Of a stretch of DNA of 32,000 bases, positions 1 through 10,271 are shown one piece after another. Each line of letters starts with the position of its first letter. Within the stretch, counting starts at the first letter, position 1. The DNA is taken from the NCBI GenBank assembly GCA_014251975.1, contig CP059204.1, positions 360,001 to 392,000 of the forward strand. The letters are read 5' to 3'. This stretch comes from Blattabacterium cuenoti (GTDB lineage Bacteria > Bacteroidota > Bacteroidia > Flavobacteriales > Blattabacteriaceae). Both the position numbers and the translations under genes were made by a program. Below the pieces are notes generated by a model, which was not told the origin of the DNA, ran no database searches, and saw nothing but the letters and a program-made list of their open reading frames with translations.

Positions 1-2
1 AT

Positions 3-281
3 ATGGTGGAAGTAAATATTAAACCTTTAGCTGATCGTGTACTTATAAAATCTGATCCAGCTGAAACTAAAACAACTTCTGGAATTATTATTCCTGATAC
101 TGCTAAAGAAAAACCTCAAAAGGGTATTGTAGTAGCAATAGGAAAAGGAAAGAAGAATGAACCTATGATTTTAAAAAAAGGTGATAAAGTGTTATATGGT
201 AAATATTCTGGTACTGAATTAAAATGGGAAGGTGAAGAATATTTAATAATGAGAGAATCTGATGTTATAGCCATTGTATAA
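3..281 (+). CDS. groES: co-chaperonin GroES (Cpn10)
   Basis: The 92-aa ORF carries the Cpn10 signature ([41 protein letters not shown]). It lies 39 nt upstream of groEL. The ATG is at nt 3, so the full length just fits in the window. Confidence 0.95.
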   Translation: MVEVNIKPLADRVLIKSDPAETKTTSGIIIPDTAKEKPQKGIVVAIGKGKKNEPMILKKGDKVLYGKYSGTELKWEGEEYLIMRESDVIAIV

Positions 282-290
282 CTTAAATAA

Positions 291-1964
<1,674 letters not shown>

Positions 1965-1986
1965 AATAATAATTCTACGATTATGT

Positions 1987-2023
1987 AAAAAAAAAATAGT
2001 GTCTTTCTTGACACTATTTTTTT
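1987..2023. terminator. bidirectional rho-independent terminator shared by convergent groEL and kdsC-like gene
   Basis: The stem tagtgtc (1997-2003) pairs with gacacta (2010-2016) around the 6-nt loop tttctt. An A10 run (1987-1996) lies upstream and a T7 run (2017-2023) downstream. This gives a hairpin followed by a U-tract when read on either strand. Confidence 0.6.
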
Positions 2024-2051
2024 ATAAAAATTATTTAAAAAAAATTATTAT

Positions 2052-2552
2052 TTAAATCCAATTTTTTTGAATTTTTAAAGTTTTTTCAATAACATCCCTT
2101 ACACAACCCTTACCCCCTTTTTTAGGAGATATATATTTAGATATATTTTTTACTTCTTCTACTGCATCTATAGGTGAACAAGGTAATGCTACTACTTTCA
2201 TAATTTCAATATCTGGGATATCATCACCCATATAAAGAATATTTTTTTTATTAATATTTAATATTTCACAATACTCTTCTAAATATTTTTTTTTATTTTC
2301 AACACCTTGATATATATAACGAATATCCAAATTTCTTAATCTTTTAAATACCATTAAATCTGAACCCCTAGTTATAATACATAAATTATAACCTTTTTTT
2401 TTTGCTAATTTTATAGCAAAACCATCTTTAGCAAACATTTTACGTACCATATTCCCATCTGGGAACAAATTTAATTCGCAATTTGTTAAAACACCATCTA
2501 CATCAAATATAAATGTATTTATTTCATTCATTATATTTATATAATCTTTCAT
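2052..2552 (-). CDS. kdsC: HAD-IIIA phosphatase, KDO-8-phosphate phosphatase (KdsC) family
   Basis: HAD motifs FDVDGVLT, KDGFAIKLAKKKGYNLCIITRG and GDDIPD are present, with KdsC-like length and layout. The ORF track starts at TTG 2567. I prefer the in-frame ATG at 2552 (MKDYINIMNEINTFIFDVDG), and a further ATG at 2531 is also possible. Confidence 0.8.
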   Translation of the reverse strand: MKDYINIMNEINTFIFDVDGVLTNCELNLFPDGNMVRKMFAKDGFAIKLAKKKGYNLCIITRGSDLMVFKRLRNLDIRYIYQGVENKKKYLEEYCEILNINKKNILYMGDDIPDIEIMKVVALPCSPIDAVEEVKNISKYISPKKGGKGCVRDVIEKTLKIQKNWI

Positions 2553-2610
2553 AAAAAAAAATATCAAAATTATTTTATAATAAATATTTTTTATTTTTAT
2601 TTATTACTAT

Positions 2611-2952
2611 TTACTTATCCTGATTATGACCATAATATAATAACTGAGTTTTAAAATTTTTTTTATGTCTTTCTGAAATTACTTCTTTTCCTTTTTTATC
2701 AATAATAAATTGTATCATTTCATTAAGAATATTATCAAATTTCGAAAAATCTTCTTTATATAAATAAATTTTATGTTTTTTATATAATACCTCACCTGTT
2801 GAAGAAAAAAATTTTTTGCTTTCAGTTAAAGTTAAATAATAGTCACCAGCTTTTGTTTCTCTAGCGTCGAAAAAATATGTACGACCCCCAGTTTTTAATA
2901 CTCGTGAGCAAATTTCATTTTTTTCTTTAATAAAATTATTTTTTTTTTCCAT
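2611..2952 (-). CDS. PUR-alpha-like nucleic-acid-binding protein (DUF3276 family), function unknown
   Basis: The 113-aa ORF contains the PUR-repeat-like core GGRTYFFDARETKAGDYYLTLTESKK followed by HKIYLYKEDFSKF. This matches my memory of the Bacteroidetes DUF3276 family. It has an ATG start. Confidence 0.7.
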   Translation of the reverse strand: MEKKNNFIKEKNEICSRVLKTGGRTYFFDARETKAGDYYLTLTESKKFFSSTGEVLYKKHKIYLYKEDFSKFDNILNEMIQFIIDKKGKEVISERHKKNFKTQLLYYGHNQDK

Positions 2953-2968
2953 AAAAAATTAAATAAAA

Positions 2969-2976
2969 CAAATCTA
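2969..2976 (-). promoter_or_regulatory. candidate Bacteroidetes-type -7 promoter box (TAGATTTG = TAnnTTTG) for the DUF3276 gene
   Basis: The plus strand reads caaatcta, which is TAGATTTG on the minus strand, 16 nt upstream of the ATG at 2952. I found no matching -33 TTTG. The motif is expected by chance about once per kb at this composition. Confidence 0.25.
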
Positions 2977-3088
2977 AATAAAAAAAATCTTCTGCACGAA
3001 TATTTTTATAATTATTAATATATTTTTTTTTATTAATTTTTATTAAAATAATTAATAAATTTTTAACCAACAAATTATATAAAATAAA

Positions 3089-3979
3089 ATGTCAATTAGA
3101 CGATATTTAAGAATAAAAAGTTTACAGTTTTTATATGCTCAATATTTATCTAAAATAAATTTTGAAAAAGTAGAAAAAAATATGATAGATAGTATAAAAG
3201 ATTTAAATAATCTATATATATATCTACTTCGTTTATTGTTAATTGTAAGAGAATATGGATTAAAAAAAAATTATAAAAAATTGAATTTAATTTTTAATAA
3301 TTCAATATTTAAAAAATTATCTAATAATAAATTTTTAATAAAAAAATGTAATTTTAACAAATATTTTTGGGTTAAACAAAAAAATTATATTTCACTTTGT
3401 TTAAAAAAAATACAAAATTCAGATATATATAAAAAAAAAATTGATTTTTCTTTTTACGAAGAAAAAAAATTATTAATAAATTATTATGAAATTTTTTTTG
3501 TTTTAAATGAACAATTAATAGAACATATAAGTGATTTTTATATTGGACAAGAAGAAAATTTGCCAATAGCTCATAATATGGTTTATAAAACATTTAATTT
3601 TATAAAAAAATCTACCCCGTCAAACTTTAAATTATACGATATATATAATAACAAAGATAATCATAAATTTATAATTGATTTATATAGAAATACTATATCT
3701 CATAAAAAAGAATTTAATATTTTAATTAAAAATGCATCAATTAATTGGGATATAAAAAGAATATCAACAATAGATTTAATTATACTTCAAATGGCTATAT
3801 GTGAATTTTTATATTTTCCAAATATACCACCTAAAGCAACTATTAATGAATATATAGAAATTACAAAAATATTTTGTATGTATAAAAGTAAATTTTTTAT
3901 TAACGGTATATTAGATAAAATATTAAAATTATTAAACAAAAAAAACAAAATTTTTAAAATAGGTAAAGGCCTAATGTAA
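3089..3979 (+). CDS. nusB: transcription antitermination factor NusB (long Bacteroidetes form)
   Basis: The C-terminal ~130 aa match the NusB domain (RISTIDLIILQMAICEFLYFPNIPPKATINEYIEITKIF...FINGILDKI). The 296-aa length, with a long N-terminal extension, is typical of Bacteroidetes NusB. Confidence 0.8.
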   Translation: MSIRRYLRIKSLQFLYAQYLSKINFEKVEKNMIDSIKDLNNLYIYLLRLLLIVREYGLKKNYKKLNLIFNNSIFKKLSNNKFLIKKCNFNKYFWVKQKNYISLCLKKIQNSDIYKKKIDFSFYEEKKLLINYYEIFFVLNEQLIEHISDFYIGQEENLPIAHNMVYKTFNFIKKSTPSNFKLYDIYNNKDNHKFIIDLYRNTISHKKEFNILIKNASINWDIKRISTIDLIILQMAICEFLYFPNIPPKATINEYIEITKIFCMYKSKFFINGILDKILKLLNKKNKIFKIGKGLM

Positions 3980-4002
3980 AATTAATTTAAATTTATTACA
4001 CC

Positions 4003-4320
4003 ATGCACAATTTAATTTACTTACAAAATTCTATATATAACACTATATTTATGTTTTTATCAATTTCTACAATATTTTATTTATTTATGATACGTCCTCA
4101 AATACGGAAACAAAAAAATGAAAAAAAATTTCAAGAAAATTTAAAAAAAGGGGAATATATAGTTACAAATTCTGGTATACATGGAAAAATTTTATTATTT
4201 GAAAAAGATTGTTTAATACTAAAAATAACAATGGGTAAAATAAAAATAGAAAAAAATATAATATCAAAAGATTTAACATATTTAAGATATGGTAACAAAA
4301 TTTTAAATAATAAAAATTAA
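4003..4320 (+). CDS. yajC: preprotein translocase subunit YajC
   Basis: The 105-aa ORF has one N-terminal TM segment followed by the YajC core (MIRPQIRKQKNEKKFQENLKKGEYIVTNSGIHGKI). Confidence 0.8.
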   Translation: MHNLIYLQNSIYNTIFMFLSISTIFYLFMIRPQIRKQKNEKKFQENLKKGEYIVTNSGIHGKILLFEKDCLILKITMGKIKIEKNIISKDLTYLRYGNKILNNKN

Positions 4321-4322
4321 TT

Positions 4323-4910
4323 ATGTTAATTGGAGTAACTGGAAATATAGGTACTGGTAAAAGTTTATTTTCTTATTTTTTAAAAAAAAAAAATATACCA
4401 GTTTACTGTTCAGATAATAGAGGTAAAATAATTATGAATAATAATTTTTATGTTAAAAAAAATATTAAAAAATTTTTTGGTATAAATTCTTATAAAAATA
4501 ATAAAGTTAATAGTAATTTTTTATCAAAAATCATTTTTAATGACAAAATAGCGTTAAAATATTTATGTAATGTTTTATATCCATATTTACAATTAGATTT
4601 CAAAAAATGGAAAATAAATTTAAATAAAAATTATCCTATTTTAATTAAAGAATCATCTTTATTATTTGAAACTGATAATTATAAAGAATTTGATGTAATA
4701 ATATCTTTATATTCTAGCAATAAAAATAAAATAGAAAGAGTTTATAAAAGAAATAAATTAAGTAAATATCAAATAATAAGTAGATTAAAACATCAATTTA
4801 CTTTAGATAGAATAAAAAAATACTCTAATTTTATTGTTGAAAATAATTCATCTATTAAATCTTTAAAAAATAAAACAAATGATATATATAAAAAACTAAT
4901 AAAAAAATAA
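4323..4910 (+). CDS. coaE: dephospho-CoA kinase
   Basis: It has an N-terminal P-loop (IGVTGNIGTGKS), CoaE length (195 aa) and the ESSLLFE lid-region motif. It starts 2 nt after the yajC stop. Confidence 0.85.
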   Translation: MLIGVTGNIGTGKSLFSYFLKKKNIPVYCSDNRGKIIMNNNFYVKKNIKKFFGINSYKNNKVNSNFLSKIIFNDKIALKYLCNVLYPYLQLDFKKWKINLNKNYPILIKESSLLFETDNYKEFDVIISLYSSNKNKIERVYKRNKLSKYQIISRLKHQFTLDRIKKYSNFIVENNSSIKSLKNKTNDIYKKLIKK

Positions 4911-4913
4911 ATA

Positions 4914-5651
4914 TTAGTTTTTTGTCTGAGTCCTTTTAAATCCATCAAAAAAAGAAATAAAGTAAAAAAATTGAGTTAAATTACCTAATACGGAAACTAT
5001 ATAAGTCATAGTTGCCCACATTAAAACGGTTTTTATCTTTTTATATTCAGCATTATTAACAATATTATTTTTTTTTATCCATAATAATGCCCTATTACTA
5101 GCATCAAATTCTATTGGTAATGTTATAATAGAAAATAATACAACTAGCAAAAATAAAACAACTCCTATCTTTAATACAATAGATATTTTACCTCCTGAAC
5201 CATAAAAAATAGTCATACCAAACATTATAGATAGATTTGTTAATTTAGAGCTTAAATTTAAAATATGTGTTAAACTATTTCTAAACATTAATAAATTATA
5301 TCCTAGTTTATGTTGTAAGGCATGTCCACATTCATGAGCTGCAATAGCAATTGAAATATAATTTCTTTCATTAAATATTTTTTTACTAAGATTTATTGTT
5401 TTATTTAGTACATTATAATGATCTGTTAATTCTATTTTTTTTTCTCCTTTTACTTTTTTTGGTTTTTCTGGTATTTGTAATACGTTAACATCTATAATAT
5501 TATTGTCTAATAACATTTTTTCTGCTATTTCCTTTCCATTCATTTTTGAAAAAGAGTCTACATCATATACTTTTAATTTATTTCTAAAAGTTATGTTTAC
5601 AATAATACTACTTACTAAAAATATAATACCTACCAAAATATAGTAAGTCAT
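4914..5651 (-). CDS. membrane zinc metallopeptidase (YugP / Zn_peptidase_2 family)
   Basis: An HExxH motif (AAHECGHALQH) is flanked by N- and C-terminal hydrophobic segments. The 245-aa length and architecture fit the YugP-like family. Confidence 0.75.
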   Translation of the reverse strand: MTYYILVGIIFLVSSIIVNITFRNKLKVYDVDSFSKMNGKEIAEKMLLDNNIIDVNVLQIPEKPKKVKGEKKIELTDHYNVLNKTINLSKKIFNERNYISIAIAAHECGHALQHKLGYNLLMFRNSLTHILNLSSKLTNLSIMFGMTIFYGSGGKISIVLKIGVVLFLLVVLFSIITLPIEFDASNRALLWIKKNNIVNNAEYKKIKTVLMWATMTYIVSVLGNLTQFFYFISFFDGFKRTQTKN

Positions 5652-5687
5652 ATTATTAATTTATTTATTTTAATTTTATTTATATGA

Positions 5688-5695
5688 CAAAAATA
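5688..5695 (-). promoter_or_regulatory. candidate -7 promoter box (TATTTTTG = TAnnTTTG) for the Zn-peptidase gene
   Basis: The plus strand reads caaaaata, 36 nt upstream of the ATG at 5651, in the divergent ndh/peptidase spacer. This is a motif match only. Confidence 0.2.
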
Positions 5696-5748
5696 TTAAT
5701 TTATAATTAAAAATGAAAATATATATATTAGTATTTATTTATTAAAAT

Positions 5749-7035
5749 ATGAATATTCCAAAAAAAGAAAATTTAAAAAGAGTTATAATTATTGGCGCTG
5801 GTTTTTCCGGAATACAAATAGCAAAAAAACTAAGAAGAGATAAATTTCAAATAGTACTTATAGATAAAAATAATTATCATACGTTTCAACCATTGTTATA
5901 TCAAGTAGCTACAGCTGGCCTGGAGCCTGATTCTATAGCACATTCTATAAGAAATATTATAAGAAAAAAAGATAATTTCTTTTTTAGATTAGCTAATGTT
6001 TATAGTATAAATACTACAAAACAAAAAGTTTATACAAATTTAGGTAATTTATATTACGACTATTTAGTTATTTCTACTGGTTCTGTAACTAATTATTTTG
6101 GAAATAAAAATATTGAATCACATTCTATCCCAATGAAATCAATACCTGAAGCATTAAATTTAAGAAGTATAATACTACAAAATTTTGAATCAGCTTCATT
6201 AAAAAAACATATTGAAGAGAAAAAAAAAATAATGACATTTGTTATAGTTGGTGGTGGACCAACAGGTGTTGAATTATCTGGTTCTTTGGCAGAAATGAAA
6301 AAATATGTTTTACCTAATGATTATACAGATTTAAAACAAGAATATATGAACATTCATTTATTACAAGCATCATCCAGATTATTAGATGGTATGTCAAATT
6401 CTTCTGCAAATCAAGCATTAAAAAATTTAAGAGAATTAGGAGTTATAGTATGGTTAAACTGTTTAGTCAAAGATTATGATGGTAAAGTTATATCTACTAT
6501 AAATAATAGAAAAATAGAAACATATAATGTAATATGGGCAGCAGGAGTAAAAGGATCTGTTATAAAAGGATTTTTAAAAAAAGATATAGAAAGAGATAGA
6601 ATATTAGTTAATAATAATCTTAGAACAATAAGATATGAAAATATATTTGCAGTAGGTGATATTGCATTAATGAAAGAAGATGATAGATATCCTAATGGAC
6701 ATCCTATGACTGCACAACCTGCTATTCAACAAGGAAATTATCTTGTAAGATATCTTAATAAGATATTAGACTATAAAAATAATATAAAACCTTTTAAATA
6801 TAAAAATTTGGGGATAATGGCTACTATAGGTAGAAACAAAGCAGTATGTGATTTTCCACTTTTTAAAGTTAAAGGGTTTTTAGCTTGGATAATTTGGATG
6901 TCCGTACATTTAATGAGTTTAGTAGGATTTAGAAATAAAACTATTGCTTTAACTAATTGGATAATTCAATATTTTAATTATCATAAAAGTGTTTGTTTAA
7001 TAATACGTCCTTTTAAGAAAAAAAATACTATTTAA
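5749..7035 (+). CDS. ndh: type-II NADH:quinone oxidoreductase (NDH-2)
   Basis: Two Rossmann dinucleotide motifs (VIIIGAGFSGIQIA and FVIVGGGPTGVELSG) and the AVGD motif are present. Length (428 aa) is typical of NDH-2. Confidence 0.9.
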   Translation: MNIPKKENLKRVIIIGAGFSGIQIAKKLRRDKFQIVLIDKNNYHTFQPLLYQVATAGLEPDSIAHSIRNIIRKKDNFFFRLANVYSINTTKQKVYTNLGNLYYDYLVISTGSVTNYFGNKNIESHSIPMKSIPEALNLRSIILQNFESASLKKHIEEKKKIMTFVIVGGGPTGVELSGSLAEMKKYVLPNDYTDLKQEYMNIHLLQASSRLLDGMSNSSANQALKNLRELGVIVWLNCLVKDYDGKVISTINNRKIETYNVIWAAGVKGSVIKGFLKKDIERDRILVNNNLRTIRYENIFAVGDIALMKEDDRYPNGHPMTAQPAIQQGNYLVRYLNKILDYKNNIKPFKYKNLGIMATIGRNKAVCDFPLFKVKGFLAWIIWMSVHLMSLVGFRNKTIALTNWIIQYFNYHKSVCLIIRPFKKKNTI

Positions 7036-8074
7036 TATCTAATTTAGAAAATAAATTTTTAATTTTATTATATGTTTCTAAATATTCTTTATATGCGTTA
7101 CTATTTATAGTTATTCCACTACCAGCATATAATATTATTTTATAGTTTAAAATATTAGCACATCTTAAATTTATATATAATTCCATGTTATTATGTTTAT
7201 TAATAATTCCAATGTATCCTGTATAAAAACATCTATTATATCCCTCATTTTTTTTAATAAAATTTATAGATTCAATAATTGGATAACCACATATAGATGG
7301 AGTTGGGTATAATTTTTTTAAAATGTAATAGTAATTAGGTATTTTAAAAAAAGTAAAAATTATATTAGTTTTTAAATGTTTTATATTACCAATATGTAAA
7401 ATTTTTGTTTTACTAACAGATAAATATCCTGAACAATATTTTTTTAATGTATTTATAATGTATTGTGTAACTATATTATGTTCATCAAATTCTTTTTTTG
7501 TCCATTTGTTCGATCCCCAAATAGTACTTGCTAATGACATTATATATAATTTTTTTTTTCTACATTTAATTAATAACTCTGGAGTAGATCCTATCCAAAA
7601 ACCATGTTTAATATGATACCAAATATTTACCATAGAATTTGGATAAGAATAAATTAATTTTTTAAAAGTATTTGTTAAAGAAATATTTTTAAATGGTATT
7701 GTAATTTTTTTAGATAAAACCACTTTTTTAAAAAATTTTCTTTTTATAGAATCAATTGCAATTTTAATTAAATCTATATAATTATATGGCAAATTAAATA
7801 CTATATTATTTTTGTATTTTAATAAGATATTTTTATTAAACTCTATGTAATAAATAATTTTAGGTTTAATTTTAATTGTACAATTAAGATTAAAATTTTT
7901 AATTATAAAATATGTTTTGTTAAAACTTTTACAATTGCTATTGAAATAAGCAAATATTTTGTTATCATAAGGTTTTTTAAATATAACAAAACTATTATTT
8001 TTACCAATATTATTTATAATTTTTTTATATAAAGAAAATAAATTTATTTTTCTAAAATAACTATTTTTATCCAT
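7028..8074 (-). CDS. menF: isochorismate synthase (chorismate-binding enzyme, menaquinone branch)
   Basis: The C-terminal chorismate-binding signature is present (TPSICGYP, FYTGYIGI, YAGSGITINSNAYKEYLETYNKI). Short MenF-like length (348 aa). It sits next to a hotdog thioesterase gene. Confidence 0.75.
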   Translation of the reverse strand: MDKNSYFRKINLFSLYKKIINNIGKNNSFVIFKKPYDNKIFAYFNSNCKSFNKTYFIIKNFNLNCTIKIKPKIIYYIEFNKNILLKYKNNIVFNLPYNYIDLIKIAIDSIKRKFFKKVVLSKKITIPFKNISLTNTFKKLIYSYPNSMVNIWYHIKHGFWIGSTPELLIKCRKKKLYIMSLASTIWGSNKWTKKEFDEHNIVTQYIINTLKKYCSGYLSVSKTKILHIGNIKHLKTNIIFTFFKIPNYYYILKKLYPTPSICGYPIIESINFIKKNEGYNRCFYTGYIGIINKHNNMELYINLRCANILNYKIILYAGSGITINSNAYKEYLETYNKIKNLFSKLDIK

Positions 8075-8507
8075 TTAGTTTTATTAATTTAATTATATTA
8101 GTCATTTTGCAAAAACTAATTATATTTCCTTTTTCATTTAAAATTTTAACTTGTATAAAATGTATAACGGATGACATATAAATTATTTTTGCCTTTGCGT
8201 ATAAAATCCCTTTTTTTATATTTTTTATATGATTAATAGACATATCTATATTAAAAGAATATAAATTATTATTTTTTACATTATTATTTTTTAATTTTAA
8301 TGTTGATAAAGAGCTACCTACTGTCTCAGATAAAACTGAAGAAAATCCTCCATGTAAGTAACCAAAAGGTTGAAGAATTTTTTTAGTTATTGGCATTTTT
8401 GCTGTCAAAATATCTTTTTCAAATGAAACAAATTGAATTTTCATAATTTTAAAAAAATCACTATTTTTTAACAATTTTTTTAAAAAAATTATATTTTCTT
8501 TTTCCAT
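8067..8507 (-). CDS. hotdog-fold (PaaI/4HBT-type) thioesterase, probable DHNA-CoA thioesterase
   Basis: The 146-aa ORF has the PaaI-type motif GYLHGGFSSVLSETVGS. Its stop overlaps the menF start by 8 nt, which suggests translational coupling. The menaquinone role is inferred from that context. Confidence 0.65.
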   Translation of the reverse strand: MEKENIIFLKKLLKNSDFFKIMKIQFVSFEKDILTAKMPITKKILQPFGYLHGGFSSVLSETVGSSLSTLKLKNNNVKNNNLYSFNIDMSINHIKNIKKGILYAKAKIIYMSSVIHFIQVKILNEKGNIISFCKMTNIIKLIKLNG

Positions 8508-8539
8508 ATTTCAATGTATTTTTATATAAATTATTTATT

Positions 8540-9082
8540 ATGGATAAACAAAAAAAACATAATAATCTTATACAAATAATAAGTCAACAAAATAATAAAA
8601 TTATTGGATTTGAAGAAAAAGAAAAGGTACATATAAAAGGTATTTACCATACTGGTATATCTATATTTATATTTAATAAAAAAAAAAATTTAATGTTGCA
8701 AAAAAGATCTTTAAAAAAATATCATTCTTCTTTACAGTGGACTAATACTTGTTGTAGTCATCCAGATAAAAATGAATCATATGAAGATGCTGCACATAGA
8801 TGTTTAAATTATGAAATGGGATTTGATTGTATACTAAAACATAAATTTTCATTCACATATAATGAAATTTTAAATAATGGACTAATAGAGAATGAATTAG
8901 ATCATGTTTTTGTAGGTAGTTATAATAACTCTCCTAATATAAATTCAAAAGAAGTAGAAAATTGGAGATGGATAAGTATTAAAAAATTGTTATATAATAT
9001 ATCTGTTTATCCTAATTTATATACAATATGGTTAAAAATAATTTTAAAAAATTACTCAGATAAATTAGTAATAAATTTTTAA
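8540..9082 (+). CDS. idi: isopentenyl-diphosphate delta-isomerase, type 1 (Nudix)
   Basis: IDI-1 signatures are present: H(T)GISIFIFN...LQKRS..K, the catalytic-Cys region WTNTCCSHP, and NELDHVFVG. Confidence 0.85.
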   Translation: MDKQKKHNNLIQIISQQNNKIIGFEEKEKVHIKGIYHTGISIFIFNKKKNLMLQKRSLKKYHSSLQWTNTCCSHPDKNESYEDAAHRCLNYEMGFDCILKHKFSFTYNEILNNGLIENELDHVFVGSYNNSPNINSKEVENWRWISIKKLLYNISVYPNLYTIWLKIILKNYSDKLVINF

Positions 9083-9091
9083 TAAACAATA

Positions 9092-10237
9092 ATGTATAAA
9101 ATTTTAAAGAAAACAAACTTATATAATAATCATATTTCTTTAGGAGCAAAAATGATTATATATAATAATTACCATATGCCACTACAATACACTTCTTCTT
9201 TAAAAGAACATATTGCTGTAAGAGAAAAATCGGGGATTTTTGATATTAGTCATATGGGAAAACTAATAATTAAAGGTGAACATTCTAAAGAATTAATTCA
9301 ATATTTAACAACAAATAATATTGATAAAATAAAATCAGGAAAAGCACAATATACATGTTTAGTTAATGAAAATGGAGGTATTATAGATGATTTAGTAATT
9401 TATAAAATATCAGAAAAAAAATTTTTATTAATAGTAAATTCTTATAATACTAATAAAAATAAAAAATGGATAAATAGTTATATAAATAAATATAATAACA
9501 ACGACGTAAAATTACTAGACTTATCTGATAAATATTCTTTATTATCAGTACAAGGACCAATGTCTTTATTTTTTGTTCAAAAATTAACAAATATTTCATT
9601 GTATAAAATAAAATTTTATAGTTTTATAATTTCAAATTTATGTGATATAAATAACGTGTTAATATCAAAAACAGGATATACTGGTTCTGTTGGAATAGAA
9701 ATACTTGTAAAAAATGAATATGTAGAAAAAATATGGAACAAAATATTGTTTATAGGGAGAAATAATATTATACCATGTGGCCTATCTAGTAGAGATTCAT
9801 TAAGAATTGAAATGGGCTATCGTTTATACGGACAAGATTTATCTGAAAATAAATCACCTATAGAATCAGGATTATCTTGTATAGTAGATTTTAAAAAACC
9901 AAATTTTTTATCAAAAAAAATATTAAAAAAACATAAAAAAAATGGATTATATAAAAATTTTATTTCATTCAAAGTTAAAGGTAATAATATACCAAGAACA
10001 GGAAATTCATTAGTTAATTCAAAAGGTAAAAAGATAGGATATGTTACTTCTGGTAATTACTCTCCTATTTTAAAATATTGTATAGGGTTAGGATATCTAT
10101 TTAACTATAAAATTGATAAAACTGACATTAATGACATTAAATTTAATTATTATAATAAAGATATATATATATTATCTAGGAAAAAAAAAATTCTAATTAC
10201 TAAAGAAAAAATACCTTTTATTAAAATAAATAATTAG
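9092..10237 (+). CDS. gcvT: glycine cleavage system aminomethyltransferase (T protein)
   Basis: The N-terminus (LYNNHISLGAKMIIYNNYHMPLQY), SGIFDISHMGKL, GYTGSVGIEI and RDSLRIEMG are all canonical GcvT blocks. Confidence 0.9.
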   Translation: MYKILKKTNLYNNHISLGAKMIIYNNYHMPLQYTSSLKEHIAVREKSGIFDISHMGKLIIKGEHSKELIQYLTTNNIDKIKSGKAQYTCLVNENGGIIDDLVIYKISEKKFLLIVNSYNTNKNKKWINSYINKYNNNDVKLLDLSDKYSLLSVQGPMSLFFVQKLTNISLYKIKFYSFIISNLCDINNVLISKTGYTGSVGIEILVKNEYVEKIWNKILFIGRNNIIPCGLSSRDSLRIEMGYRLYGQDLSENKSPIESGLSCIVDFKKPNFLSKKILKKHKKNGLYKNFISFKVKGNNIPRTGNSLVNSKGKKIGYVTSGNYSPILKYCIGLGYLFNYKIDKTDINDIKFNYYNKDIYILSRKKKILITKEKIPFIKINN

Positions 10238-10271
10238 ATATTTTTAAAAATTAATAAAATTTTTTTTCAAT

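Noticed and set aside
2553-2567. TTG at 2567 as the start of the kdsC-like gene.
   Set aside because: It adds only a hydrophobic MIFFF peptide. The in-frame ATG at 2552 gives an N-terminus of normal length before the DVDGVLT motif. The TTG start is not excluded, only less likely.
3372-3593. 73-aa ORF antisense to nusB.
   Set aside because: It is embedded in the nusB CDS. Its composition (F, L, K, N, Y) is driven by A+T bias, and it has no motif.
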